DNA of 64,000 nucleotides from Candidatus Nealsonbacteria bacterium (GTDB lineage: Bacteria > Patescibacteriota > Minisyncoccia > Minisyncoccales > MHMH01). Shown piece after piece: positions 1-7,711 of this stretch (positions are counted from its first letter, which is position 1; every line of letters begins with the position of its first letter). Where the stretch lies: positions 114,081 through 178,080 of the forward strand of contig JACPGX010000005.1 in NCBI GenBank assembly GCA_016188865.1. Direction: 5' to 3'. The translations under genes and the position numbers were made by a program. The notes under the pieces were generated by a model. It made no database searches. It saw only the letters and a list, made by a program, of their open reading frames with translations, and was not told the origin of the DNA.

Positions 1-1
1 T

Positions 2-565
2 ATAATTCTTTTAGATGAAATAGAAAAAGCCCATCCCAATATTCATAATTTATTTTTGCAAGTTTTAGACGAGGGCTCTTTGACGGATGGTCTGGGCAGA
101 AAGGTTGATTTTAAAAATTCCATTATCATTGCTACTTCTAACGCCGGCTACCAAATAATTCTGAAGGCCCTTGAAGAAAAAGCAGAGTGGGGGACAGTTA
201 AAGCAAATCTTTTGGATTATATTTTTGAAAATGCTATTTTTAGGCCGGAATTTATCAATCGTTTTGATGCAGTGGTAGTTTTTTCGCCCCTATCAAAAGA
301 TCATCTTTTGCAAATTGCCGAATTGATGCTGCGAAAATTAAAAAAGAATTTGGAGGAAAAGGGGATTGAGTTTGTAATTACCGCTCCCCTTAAAGAAAAA
401 ATCGTTGAATTAGGCTACGATGTCACTTTCGGCGCTAGAGAAATGAAAAGAGTGATTCAAGATAGGGTGGAAAATGTTTTGGCTCAAGCCCTGCTCTCAG
501 ATCAATTAAAAAGAGGGGATATGGTTGAGGTGGAGCCCGATGAGTTTAAATTGAAAATTTCATGA
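2..565 (+). CDS. ClpB/ClpC-type AAA+ chaperone, C-terminal fragment (5' end truncated by window edge)
   Basis: The frame is open from position 2. The translation IILLDEIEKAHPNIHNLFLQVLDEGSLTDGLGRKVDFKNSIIIATSN matches the AAA-2 sensor and C-terminal small domain of Clp/Hsp100 ATPases. Confidence 0.8.
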   Translation: MILLDEIEKAHPNIHNLFLQVLDEGSLTDGLGRKVDFKNSIIIATSNAGYQIILKALEEKAEWGTVKANLLDYIFENAIFRPEFINRFDAVVVFSPLSKDHLLQIAELMLRKLKKNLEEKGIEFVITAPLKEKIVELGYDVTFGAREMKRVIQDRVENVLAQALLSDQLKRGDMVEVEPDEFKLKIS

Positions 566-1785
566 AGTTATCAATAGCTTTAATGGCTATGGCCATTTTT
601 GCCTCTGTTGCCGGAGGAGTTTTTATTTTAAAACAAGAAAAAGAGATAGTTATTGAAAATAATGGGAGTCCGACTCCCATTATTGCGGCGACTTCGACGA
701 TATTAGGAGGTTCGATCTCCGAAACATTAAATCAGGAGGTCGAACCTCAAAACATCTCGACGTCGACAGAAGACGTCATCAAGCAGGTGCAGGCTCTAAT
801 CCTCGAGACTCAAAAATTCATTGAAAAAGAAAATGAGAAAAAAATACTGGTCGAGGAAGCTCGAGAGAAATCCAGCAAGATTAGGGGGATATATGCTGGG
901 ACAGCGAGAAACCAAGGTTATTTTAAGAATTTTCTTTCGGAAACAGATTTGAATGGGGTGGTTATTGATATTAAAGAAAGTTATGGAATTAATCTGCCCA
1001 TATCTTTGCGGAGTTTTATTTCAGAGCTGCATAAAGAAAGCAATTGGGTAATAGCTAGAATTGTGCTTTTTCGCGATTCCTCTTTAATCGAAGAGAAACC
1101 AGAGTGGTATTTATTTGCCACGAGTTCTCCTTGGCGGGACGGCAGCTCGCAATACTGGTTTGATCCCAGCAATAAAGAAGTTCAGGATTATTTGATTGAG
1201 TTTTCAAAGAAAGCGATTGATTACGGCTTTGACGAATTGCAGTTTGATTATATACGCTACCCCGATGATTACACTTATATTCCAGGCGAAGAGAAAGTAA
1301 AAATAATGGGTGAATTTTTTTCTGACATTTCCAAAGCTCTTAAGGAATACAAGCCGTCAATTATTCTTTCTGCCGACCTTTTCGGCTATGTGGCCACTCA
1401 ATTTAACAGTTATGGCACGGGCCAAAGATTATTTGATGCAGGAAAATATTTTGATTATTTGTCTTTCATGCTGTATCCAAGTCATTTTTACGGCGGTTTT
1501 AATTATCAGGAAATTTATTATTCTTATCCAGATGTGGTTGAACATCCTTACGATGTTGTTTATTATTCTATCGCTTCAGCCAGAGATTATCTTGCCTTAT
1601 TCGGTTCGGAAGCAAAAATTCGGCCATGGTTGCAGGATTTTGATTTAGCTATAGATTCCAGCAGGGGAGTATTTTACGATGCGGAAAAAATAGGTTTTGA
1701 AATTGAGGCTAGTCAGAACGCCACCTCTTCCGGCTGGCTTTTGTGGAATCCTTCATATATTTATACTAAAGAAGCCTTAAAATAG
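562..1785 (+). CDS. Putative glycoside-hydrolase-like (GHL/DUF4015-type TIM barrel) exported protein
   Basis: It has an N-terminal hydrophobic segment. The region GTARNQGYF...VVIDIKESYG...FDELQFDYIRYP...LSFMLYPSHF resembles the putative glycosyl hydrolase DUF4015 family. I have not verified this by search. Confidence 0.5.
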   Translation: MKLSIALMAMAIFASVAGGVFILKQEKEIVIENNGSPTPIIAATSTILGGSISETLNQEVEPQNISTSTEDVIKQVQALILETQKFIEKENEKKILVEEAREKSSKIRGIYAGTARNQGYFKNFLSETDLNGVVIDIKESYGINLPISLRSFISELHKESNWVIARIVLFRDSSLIEEKPEWYLFATSSPWRDGSSQYWFDPSNKEVQDYLIEFSKKAIDYGFDELQFDYIRYPDDYTYIPGEEKVKIMGEFFSDISKALKEYKPSIILSADLFGYVATQFNSYGTGQRLFDAGKYFDYLSFMLYPSHFYGGFNYQEIYYSYPDVVEHPYDVVYYSIASARDYLALFGSEAKIRPWLQDFDLAIDSSRGVFYDAEKIGFEIEASQNATSSGWLLWNPSYIYTKEALK

Positions 1786-1977
1786 CTCTATTGTGAACAA
1801 GGTGTGGAAAAGTGGGCCATAAAACGGGCCTTTTTCGCGTTTTTGGGCTATTTTTAGTGGTTTTAAGTGGGTTGACTAGGTTGCATAAGTGGGCAATAAT
1901 GGAAGTGTAGTGGATAATTGTGGATAACTATGGGGATAACCAAGAAAACGGTGGATAAGTGAACGGACGGATATTGA

Positions 1978-2021
1978 GGAGGTTCGACCTCCCGTCATAT
2001 CTGTCGGGAGGTCGAACCTCC
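1978..2021. repeat. Palindromic repeat family A: two inverted 17-nt arms (GGAGGTTCGACCTCCCG / CGGGAGGTCGAACCTCC) with a 10-nt spacer
   Basis: The arms are perfect reverse complements. Each arm is itself a 6-bp-stem hairpin (GGAGGT-TCG-ACCTCC). The same architecture recurs at 12275-12318, with a half copy at 15659-15672. Confidence 0.85.
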
Positions 2022-2029
2022 AGATATCT

Positions 2030-2461
2030 ATGCTCATCGGAGAATACAAACATACAATTGATAGCAAAAAAAGATTAGCCGTACCGGCGAAGTTTCGGTC
2101 TGATTTAGGCGAGAGCGCGGTAATCACAAAAGGATTAGAAAATTGTTTAGTGATTTACACTTTACGAGAGTGGGAAAGATTAGCAAAAAAGTTAGAAGAA
2201 TTGCCAAGCTCCCAGGCTGATGCCAGGAATTTTGCAAGAATAATGCTATCGGGGGCTTCCGACGTAGAGCTTGATAAACTTGGCAGAATTTTGATCCCTG
2301 ATTATTTAAAAAATTATGCTTGTTTGAAAAAGAATGTAGCCATCTTGGGCTTATCTAATAAAATAGAAATTTGGGACGGCGATCAATGGGAAGAGCATAA
2401 AAAGAAAACTGAAAACGAAGCGGGTAATATAGCCGAAAGATTGAAAGAGCTTGGCATTTAA
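2030..2461 (+). CDS. mraZ: Transcriptional regulator MraZ
   Basis: Translation MLIGEYKHTIDSKKRLAVPAKFR...GLSNKIEIWD shows the duplicated MraZ domain. It is the first gene of a dcw cluster. Confidence 0.9.
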   Translation: MLIGEYKHTIDSKKRLAVPAKFRSDLGESAVITKGLENCLVIYTLREWERLAKKLEELPSSQADARNFARIMLSGASDVELDKLGRILIPDYLKNYACLKKNVAILGLSNKIEIWDGDQWEEHKKKTENEAGNIAERLKELGI

Positions 2462-3275
2462 TATGCATATCCCGGTTCTTCAAAAAGAAGTTATTGAGTA
2501 TTTAGACCCCAAGCCGAATGAAAATTTTATAGATTGCACGATAGGAGAGGGGGGCCACAGCGCAGCTATTTTGGAAAGAATCGCTCCTCGCGGGAAAGTC
2601 TTGGGGATTGATCGGCAGTTGCGCTTAAAACAAAAAGAAAGATTGATTTTAGCGGAGGATAATTTTGCAAATTTAAAAAATATTATTGAGCAGTACAAAT
2701 TTCATCCAGTGAACGGAATTCTTTTTGATTTAGGCATGTCGTCCTGGCATTTAGAAGAATCTGGCAGAGGATTTTCTTTCAAGAAAAAAGAACCCCTCGA
2801 CATGAGATACGACCCTAAGGAAGGGCTTACTGCTCAAAAAATTATTAATTATTGGTCAAAAGCGGAAATAGAAAGAATTTTACGCGAATACGGCGAAGAA
2901 CGCCGAGCTAGCCAAATTGCAGAAAGAATAATTGAAACTAGGAAGGTGAGATCAATTGAAAATACCCCACAATTGAGAGCTATTATCGAAGGGGCGAGAG
3001 GAAATTTGGCACAAACCTTCCAAGCTTTAAGAGTTGCCGTCAATGATGAGCTGAATAATTTGGATAAAGCGCTGCCCCAGGCCGTTGAGATTTTAGAACC
3101 GGGCGGCAGATTGGCAGTAATTTCTTTTCATTCCTTGGAAGACAGGATGGTTAAAAATTTTTTTAAGAATCCATCTTTTGAAATATTAACTAAAAAGCCA
3201 GTTACTCCAAGCCGGGCAGAAATAGAAATCAATCCTCGTTCGAGGTCGGCCAAACTAAGAGTAATTAGAAAATAA
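2451..3275 (+). CDS. rsmH: 16S rRNA (cytosine1402-N4)-methyltransferase RsmH
   Basis: HIPVLQKEVIEYL...DCTIGEGGHS...DLGMSSWHLEE matches the RsmH/MraW family. It follows mraZ. Confidence 0.9.
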   Translation: MAFNMHIPVLQKEVIEYLDPKPNENFIDCTIGEGGHSAAILERIAPRGKVLGIDRQLRLKQKERLILAEDNFANLKNIIEQYKFHPVNGILFDLGMSSWHLEESGRGFSFKKKEPLDMRYDPKEGLTAQKIINYWSKAEIERILREYGEERRASQIAERIIETRKVRSIENTPQLRAIIEGARGNLAQTFQALRVAVNDELNNLDKALPQAVEILEPGGRLAVISFHSLEDRMVKNFFKNPSFEILTKKPVTPSRAEIEINPRSRSAKLRVIRK

Positions 3276-3277
3276 CC

Positions 3278-3607
3278 ATGCAAGTTTTGACTCAATCTAT
3301 AGTTTCAGTAGTTTTTCCCAGAATCAACCTGCAGAAAATTTGGGTTGCCTCATTCATTTTAATCACTTCGCTTATTATTTTTTACATTTTTCAAATTAGT
3401 GAAATTGCCAGCAGTACTTTCCACATTTCCAGCTACGAACAAAGCATTGCTCAACTGTCTCAAAATAATAAAGACTTGGAAATTAAGCTTTCCCAGCTGA
3501 ATTACCTGACTAATTTAGAGAGTATTTTGCAAAATTTTAATTACGAGAAAGTCGGCAAGGTGTACTATATTAGAATCATAGATGGCCAGATGGCTGCTAA
3601 GCCTTAA
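3278..3607 (+). CDS. ftsL: Cell division protein FtsL-like (single TM plus coiled coil)
   Basis: Small protein with one TM helix and a heptad-rich C-terminus. It lies between rsmH and ftsI, as in canonical dcw clusters. Confidence 0.5.
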   Translation: MQVLTQSIVSVVFPRINLQKIWVASFILITSLIIFYIFQISEIASSTFHISSYEQSIAQLSQNNKDLEIKLSQLNYLTNLESILQNFNYEKVGKVYYIRIIDGQMAAKP

Positions 3608-3616
3608 TAATATTTA

Positions 3617-5248
3617 ATGCGCAATTGGCGGATTAATTTAGTCTTAATATTTATTTTTTTATTCGGAGCGGCTATTATCAGCCGCTTAGTTTTTTTGCAA
3701 ATTATTCAAAATGACTTTTATTTGGCTTTGGCAAAAGGACAGCAGAAATTTTTCACAGACAACCGCGGAGAAAGGGGCAGGATTTTCCTTCAAAACCATG
3801 AATTTCCCGTAGCAACAGAAAAGATTAATTATTTTATTTATGCTTCTCCATTAGAAATCGGTCCAGAGGAAAAAGAAAAAATATCTGAAATCTTAAATCA
3901 GACTTTCGGATTGGAGAAGGGACCGGTTTTTAAAAAATTGCAGAATGATTCTCTTTATGAACTGCTTAAAGACAGACTCACGGAAAAAGAAGTGAGTGAT
4001 TTTGACGGTCTTTCCCTAAAAGGCATTTATCTTGGCCAGGAAAAACAGCGAGATTATCCTTATGGCCGTTTTGCATCTCATCTTTTAGGTTTCGTCAACA
4101 AAGACCTGGAGGGACAATACGGCATAGAAGAGTATTGGAATGATTATTTAGCCGGGAAGGAGAAAAGCGGTTCAGACTTGATATTGACAATTGATTATAA
4201 TATTCAGTATTTTGCAGAAAAATTATTGTCTGACGCCAGGAAAAATTTAGATTTTGAAGGAGGGACCATTATTGTAATCAAACCGCAATCCGGAGAGATT
4301 TTAGCTTTAGCGGATTTTCCCAATTTCGATCCAAATAAATATTATGAGCAAAGTAATTTTTTGGTTTTTCAGGCAGATGCCATTCAAAAAATATATGAGC
4401 CGGGTTCTGTTTTTAAGCCAATTACAATGGCCGGCGCTCTAAACGATTCTAAAATTACTCCCTCCACCACTTACCAAGACCCCGGGGTTATTCAAATCGG
4501 CGGCTGGCCTATTTATAATTACGATCAGAGAGTTTATCCGGGCGAGATAACCATGACAGAGGTTTTGGAAAAATCAATCAATACCGGCGCTGTTTTTACA
4601 GAGTCGCAGTTAGGCAATAGCAGATTTTTAGATTATATTGAAAAGTTCGGCATTTTTGATAAAACCGGGATTGATCTCCCGGGAGAAGCCCTTTCTTCCA
4701 ATAAAGAATTTAAAAAAGGATATGAAATCAATTTCGCAACAGCTTCTTTCGGACAAGGCATAGAGATGACCCCCATTCAACTGGCGAGAGCATTTTCTGT
4801 TATTGCTAACGGCGGAAAATTGATTAAGCCATTTATAGTTAAAGAAATTCATAACGATAATAAAATAATTGAAGTTCAGCCGGAAATAAGCGATAATAAT
4901 GTAATTTCTGAAGAAACTTCTTCGAAATTAACTGCTATGCTGACTAGCGTTGTTGAAAATGGTTTTGGCAAGGCAGCCAGAATCCCCGGTTATTATATTG
5001 CCGGCAAAACAGGCACTGCCCAAGTTTCTCTTTCGGCTTTAGGTCTTAATAAAACAGGCTATTCAGAAAAAACTTGGCAGAGCTTTATTGGTTTTGCGCC
5101 GGCTTTTGACCCTAAATTCCTAATTCTGGTAAAATTAAATAATCCAAAAACCAAAACTGCAGAATACTCTGCTGTGCCGATTTTCAGAGAATTAGCAAAA
5201 TATATTATTGATTATTGGCGAATTCCGCCAGATTATGAAAATTTTTAA
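3617..5248 (+). CDS. ftsI: Penicillin-binding protein 2 / FtsI-type peptidoglycan D,D-transpeptidase
   Basis: N-terminal TM. Motifs SVFKP (SxxK), SIN (SxN) and KTGT are all present. Confidence 0.85.
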   Translation: MRNWRINLVLIFIFLFGAAIISRLVFLQIIQNDFYLALAKGQQKFFTDNRGERGRIFLQNHEFPVATEKINYFIYASPLEIGPEEKEKISEILNQTFGLEKGPVFKKLQNDSLYELLKDRLTEKEVSDFDGLSLKGIYLGQEKQRDYPYGRFASHLLGFVNKDLEGQYGIEEYWNDYLAGKEKSGSDLILTIDYNIQYFAEKLLSDARKNLDFEGGTIIVIKPQSGEILALADFPNFDPNKYYEQSNFLVFQADAIQKIYEPGSVFKPITMAGALNDSKITPSTTYQDPGVIQIGGWPIYNYDQRVYPGEITMTEVLEKSINTGAVFTESQLGNSRFLDYIEKFGIFDKTGIDLPGEALSSNKEFKKGYEINFATASFGQGIEMTPIQLARAFSVIANGGKLIKPFIVKEIHNDNKIIEVQPEISDNNVISEETSSKLTAMLTSVVENGFGKAARIPGYYIAGKTGTAQVSLSALGLNKTGYSEKTWQSFIGFAPAFDPKFLILVKLNNPKTKTAEYSAVPIFRELAKYIIDYWRIPPDYENF

Positions 5249-6299
5249 AGAAATTGAATTTTTTTTTCAACGGCCGAAAGTGATTCTTGTAGCCGGCAAT
5301 GGCAAAAAGACAGCCAAAGAAGCGATTTCAAAGGTTCTCAATCGTTATTTTAAAATTGGCAAAGAAATCGTAATTTTAGATACAGACGCTAAAGACGCCG
5401 AACTTTTTTTAAAAAGATCGCGGCTGCCAATTCTGGTGGCAACGCATATTGGGGAATATCACCCAGATCGCGAATTTTTCGCTGGCGAAATGGACCAGGC
5501 GTTGGAAATAGAAAAACTGGCGGAAGCAATTCCGGCGCATGGTTTTTTAGTTTTGAATTTTGACGATGAAACCATCCGGGATATTAAAAATAAAAGCATA
5601 GCCCACCCCTTAACTTTTGGTTTTGGCTCTAGAGCCAATGTTAGCGGCACAGATATCGTGCTTACCCAGTTTCCCAGTTTGGGGACAAACTTCAAAATCA
5701 ATAATGACGGCAATATTGTTCCATGTTGGCTTGAAAATCTTTTCGGGAAAGAGAATATCTATGCGGCCTTAGCGGCTGCAGCTGTCGGCTTAGCTTTGGA
5801 TTTGAATTTGGTGGAAATTTCAGAGGCTCTTAAGGGCTATGGGGGTTTGCTCGGCAGAATGAAGCTCGCCAAGGGTATTAAGAAGTCTTTAATTTTGGAT
5901 GATGCCGAAAGCGCTTCATCTTTATCTATGTTGGAATCGTTGAGAATTTTAAAACAGATTGGAGAGACTTGCCCTGAGCCGTGCCGAAGGGTTGCCGTTT
6001 TGGGCGATATTGTGGGCATTGGTAAATATGCTATTGAAGCGCACGAGGCGCTGGGAGAAGAAATAAAGAATTCAGCTGATTTGCTCGTGACTGTTGGCGA
6101 GAGGGCTAAATTTTTTAGCGAAGGCGCCAAATCCAAGGGAATGGCAGAAGATAAAATTTTTCAATTTAGCGATGTTGTCTCCGCAAGTAAATTTTTGCAA
6201 AGCGAAATTAAAGAAGGCGATCTTATTCTTGTTGACGGTTCCAAGGAAATGAGTATGATTGATATAGTCAAAGAGATAGAAATTGGCCCTATCGTCTAG
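5235..6299 (+). CDS. Mur ligase family protein, MurF-like (lacks canonical N-terminal domain)
   Basis: The C-terminal half (RRVAVLGDIVGIG...LILVDGSKEMSMIDIV) aligns with the MurF C-terminal domain. The N-terminus has a degenerate P-loop (VAGNGKKT). The alternative ATG at 5208 overlaps ftsI. Confidence 0.55.
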   Translation: MKIFKEIEFFFQRPKVILVAGNGKKTAKEAISKVLNRYFKIGKEIVILDTDAKDAELFLKRSRLPILVATHIGEYHPDREFFAGEMDQALEIEKLAEAIPAHGFLVLNFDDETIRDIKNKSIAHPLTFGFGSRANVSGTDIVLTQFPSLGTNFKINNDGNIVPCWLENLFGKENIYAALAAAAVGLALDLNLVEISEALKGYGGLLGRMKLAKGIKKSLILDDAESASSLSMLESLRILKQIGETCPEPCRRVAVLGDIVGIGKYAIEAHEALGEEIKNSADLLVTVGERAKFFSEGAKSKGMAEDKIFQFSDVVSASKFLQSEIKEGDLILVDGSKEMSMIDIVKEIEIGPIV

Positions 6300-6359
6300 C
6301 CCGGTTCAGGACGCAGGGTTCTCATCCCTGTAACTCGGGTTCAAATCCCGATGGGGCCG
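6285..6359 (+). tRNA. tRNA-Glu (anticodon CTC)
   Basis: Cloverleaf with acceptor GGCCCTA/TGGGGCC, the D-arm GTC-TAGCCCGGTTCAG-GAC typical of tRNA-Glu, anticodon loop TTCTCAT and T-arm TCGGG-TTCAAAT-CCCGA. It overlaps the murF-like stop by 15 nt. Confidence 0.75.
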
Positions 6360-6433
6360 CAGTTTGACAATAATAGTTTTCAGGTGTAAGATAATTTGTT
6401 CTTTTAAAATAGTTGTTTTTAGGAGGATCGTTG

Positions 6434-7087
6434 ATGGGGAATAAAAATACTGCAGCGTTGTGGTTATTGTATGTTGTAGTTCTTTCGGGTTTTAGTATTT
6501 GGTTTTTTTTAACTGGGGGATTAAATGAACCGACAAGTCAGTTGATTTCCTTCTTCAAAGAAACGAGAGTAAACCGTCAAAGTATTTCTTTGGCTAACCT
6601 AAACGTACTGATCGGTTTTGTATTCATAAATTATTGCGTTTCGTTTGCAGCAATAATTTTTGCGTCGATAATAAAAAAAAGAGGACCCAAAATGCAGCCG
6701 ATAGATGCGTCCCTAAAATTACCTTTTTGGTTAATGAATTTTATTTTACTGGGCGTGGTAACGATGGAAGAAGTAATTTTTAGATGGCTTCCCCTAGGTT
6801 TTTTACTGCCCATTTTCGATACGAGATCCGCACTCTGGATATTAATTATCGTAAGCAGTTTAGCATTTGGTTTAGTCCATATCGGAAACCAAAAACTGTA
6901 TAGGAAGAGTATAATTTTTACTCTTCCTCAAATGCTAGGAGGCATAATCCTTTGCTATGTTTTTCTTGCATTCGGTTTTCTGGGGGCGCTATTAGTGCAT
7001 TTTATTTTTAACGCAATTTTATTCATCCCACTTTGGCTTGCATACCGCGTTGATGGAAATAACCAATCAAATAACCAATTATTGTAA
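6434..7087 (+). CDS. CPBP-family intramembrane metalloprotease (CAAX protease / Abi domain)
   Basis: Multi-TM protein with EEVIFRW (EExxxR), FGLVHIGN and HFIFN (HxxxN) motifs. SD AGGAGG sits 7 nt upstream of ATG 6434. Confidence 0.7.
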   Translation: MGNKNTAALWLLYVVVLSGFSIWFFLTGGLNEPTSQLISFFKETRVNRQSISLANLNVLIGFVFINYCVSFAAIIFASIIKKRGPKMQPIDASLKLPFWLMNFILLGVVTMEEVIFRWLPLGFLLPIFDTRSALWILIIVSSLAFGLVHIGNQKLYRKSIIFTLPQMLGGIILCYVFLAFGFLGALLVHFIFNAILFIPLWLAYRVDGNNQSNNQLL

Positions 7088-7097
7088 TTTAATCCAT

Positions 7098-7128
7098 AAT
7101 GGCGCGCCCGATCGCGCCATTTTTATTT
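7098..7128 (+). terminator. Rho-independent terminator (AATGGCGCG-CCCGAT-CGCGCCATT + T-run)
   Basis: A perfect 9-bp GC-rich stem followed by TTTTTATTT, directly after the CPBP stop codon. Confidence 0.8.
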
Positions 7129-7182
7129 GACTTTTTGGTGAGACTTGGTATGAGTTTATTAGTACCTTTAGAGGAGAATAAA

Positions 7183-7668
7183 ATGGTTGAACACTCGAAA
7201 ATTTTGATTATCTACGGGTACCATCCCAAAGAAATTTTTGCCATAAGAGTCGGAGAGAGCGTTCTCAAAGAGTTTTTAACTCCTTTCGTAAAAGTTGTGG
7301 AATATGCTGGCAAACAAGACGAGAAGTCTACATGCCATTTAAGACATTTTATTGCTAAATTTGGACCATTGATTTTGCCAATCGTTCTTCACAGTGATGA
7401 AAATTTTGATATTAAAATAGCGGATATTAATGCCAACGCAGTAATCATTTATTATGCCAGATCAATGCAAGAGAAAGAAAAAATACTGAAATTTCTATTT
7501 GATTTCATCTTCAGGTATAACAAAAGCAGAGTGTCGGTTATTTTTGATATTGTTTTAACCCGCAATGCCAAACACAGTTTGGTCGAGATAGAATTTAATC
7601 CAAAAATGGAGCTTAAAAAAGCCGTGAAATTGGTGGAAGATTTTTCCAAATATGTGCCCAATATATAA
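7183..7668 (+). CDS. Hypothetical protein with AstE/AspA-like GxHxxE and LHSD motifs (possible small zinc hydrolase)
   Basis: SD GAGGAG lies upstream of ATG 7183. The ORF-track start at 7099 lies inside the upstream terminator hairpin. Motifs IYGYHPKE and IVLHSDE resemble succinylglutamate desuccinylase/aspartoacylase family zinc ligands. Confidence 0.35.
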   Translation: MVEHSKILIIYGYHPKEIFAIRVGESVLKEFLTPFVKVVEYAGKQDEKSTCHLRHFIAKFGPLILPIVLHSDENFDIKIADINANAVIIYYARSMQEKEKILKFLFDFIFRYNKSRVSVIFDIVLTRNAKHSLVEIEFNPKMELKKAVKLVEDFSKYVPNI

Positions 7669-7697
7669 GCTTTAGCGTTTCGCTAAGGCTTTTTTAT
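7668..7697 (+). terminator. Rho-independent terminator (10-bp stem AGCTTTAGCG/CGCTAAGGCT + TTTTTT)
   Basis: A hairpin with one G-U pair followed by a T6 run, immediately after the stop at 7668. Confidence 0.75.
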
Positions 7698-7711
7698 GCT
7701 AAAATAAAATA

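Noticed and set aside
981-1648. Antisense or alternate-frame ORFs inside the GHL-like gene (981..1172 minus, 1310..1648 plus)
   Set aside because: They overlap a longer, domain-bearing ORF, and their translations are low-complexity. The same reasoning was applied to the many other short overlapping ORFs in the track (for example 2480..2698, 4628..4852, 8437..8724, 14937..15236, 15714..16136, 23752..24228, 24608..24943, 53274..53546 and 62172..62495).
7099-7182. The ORF-track start of the 7099..7668 ORF (MARPIAPFLFDFL...)
   Set aside because: The first codons lie inside the GC-rich terminator hairpin of the upstream gene. A GAGGAG SD precedes the internal ATG at 7183, which is used instead.
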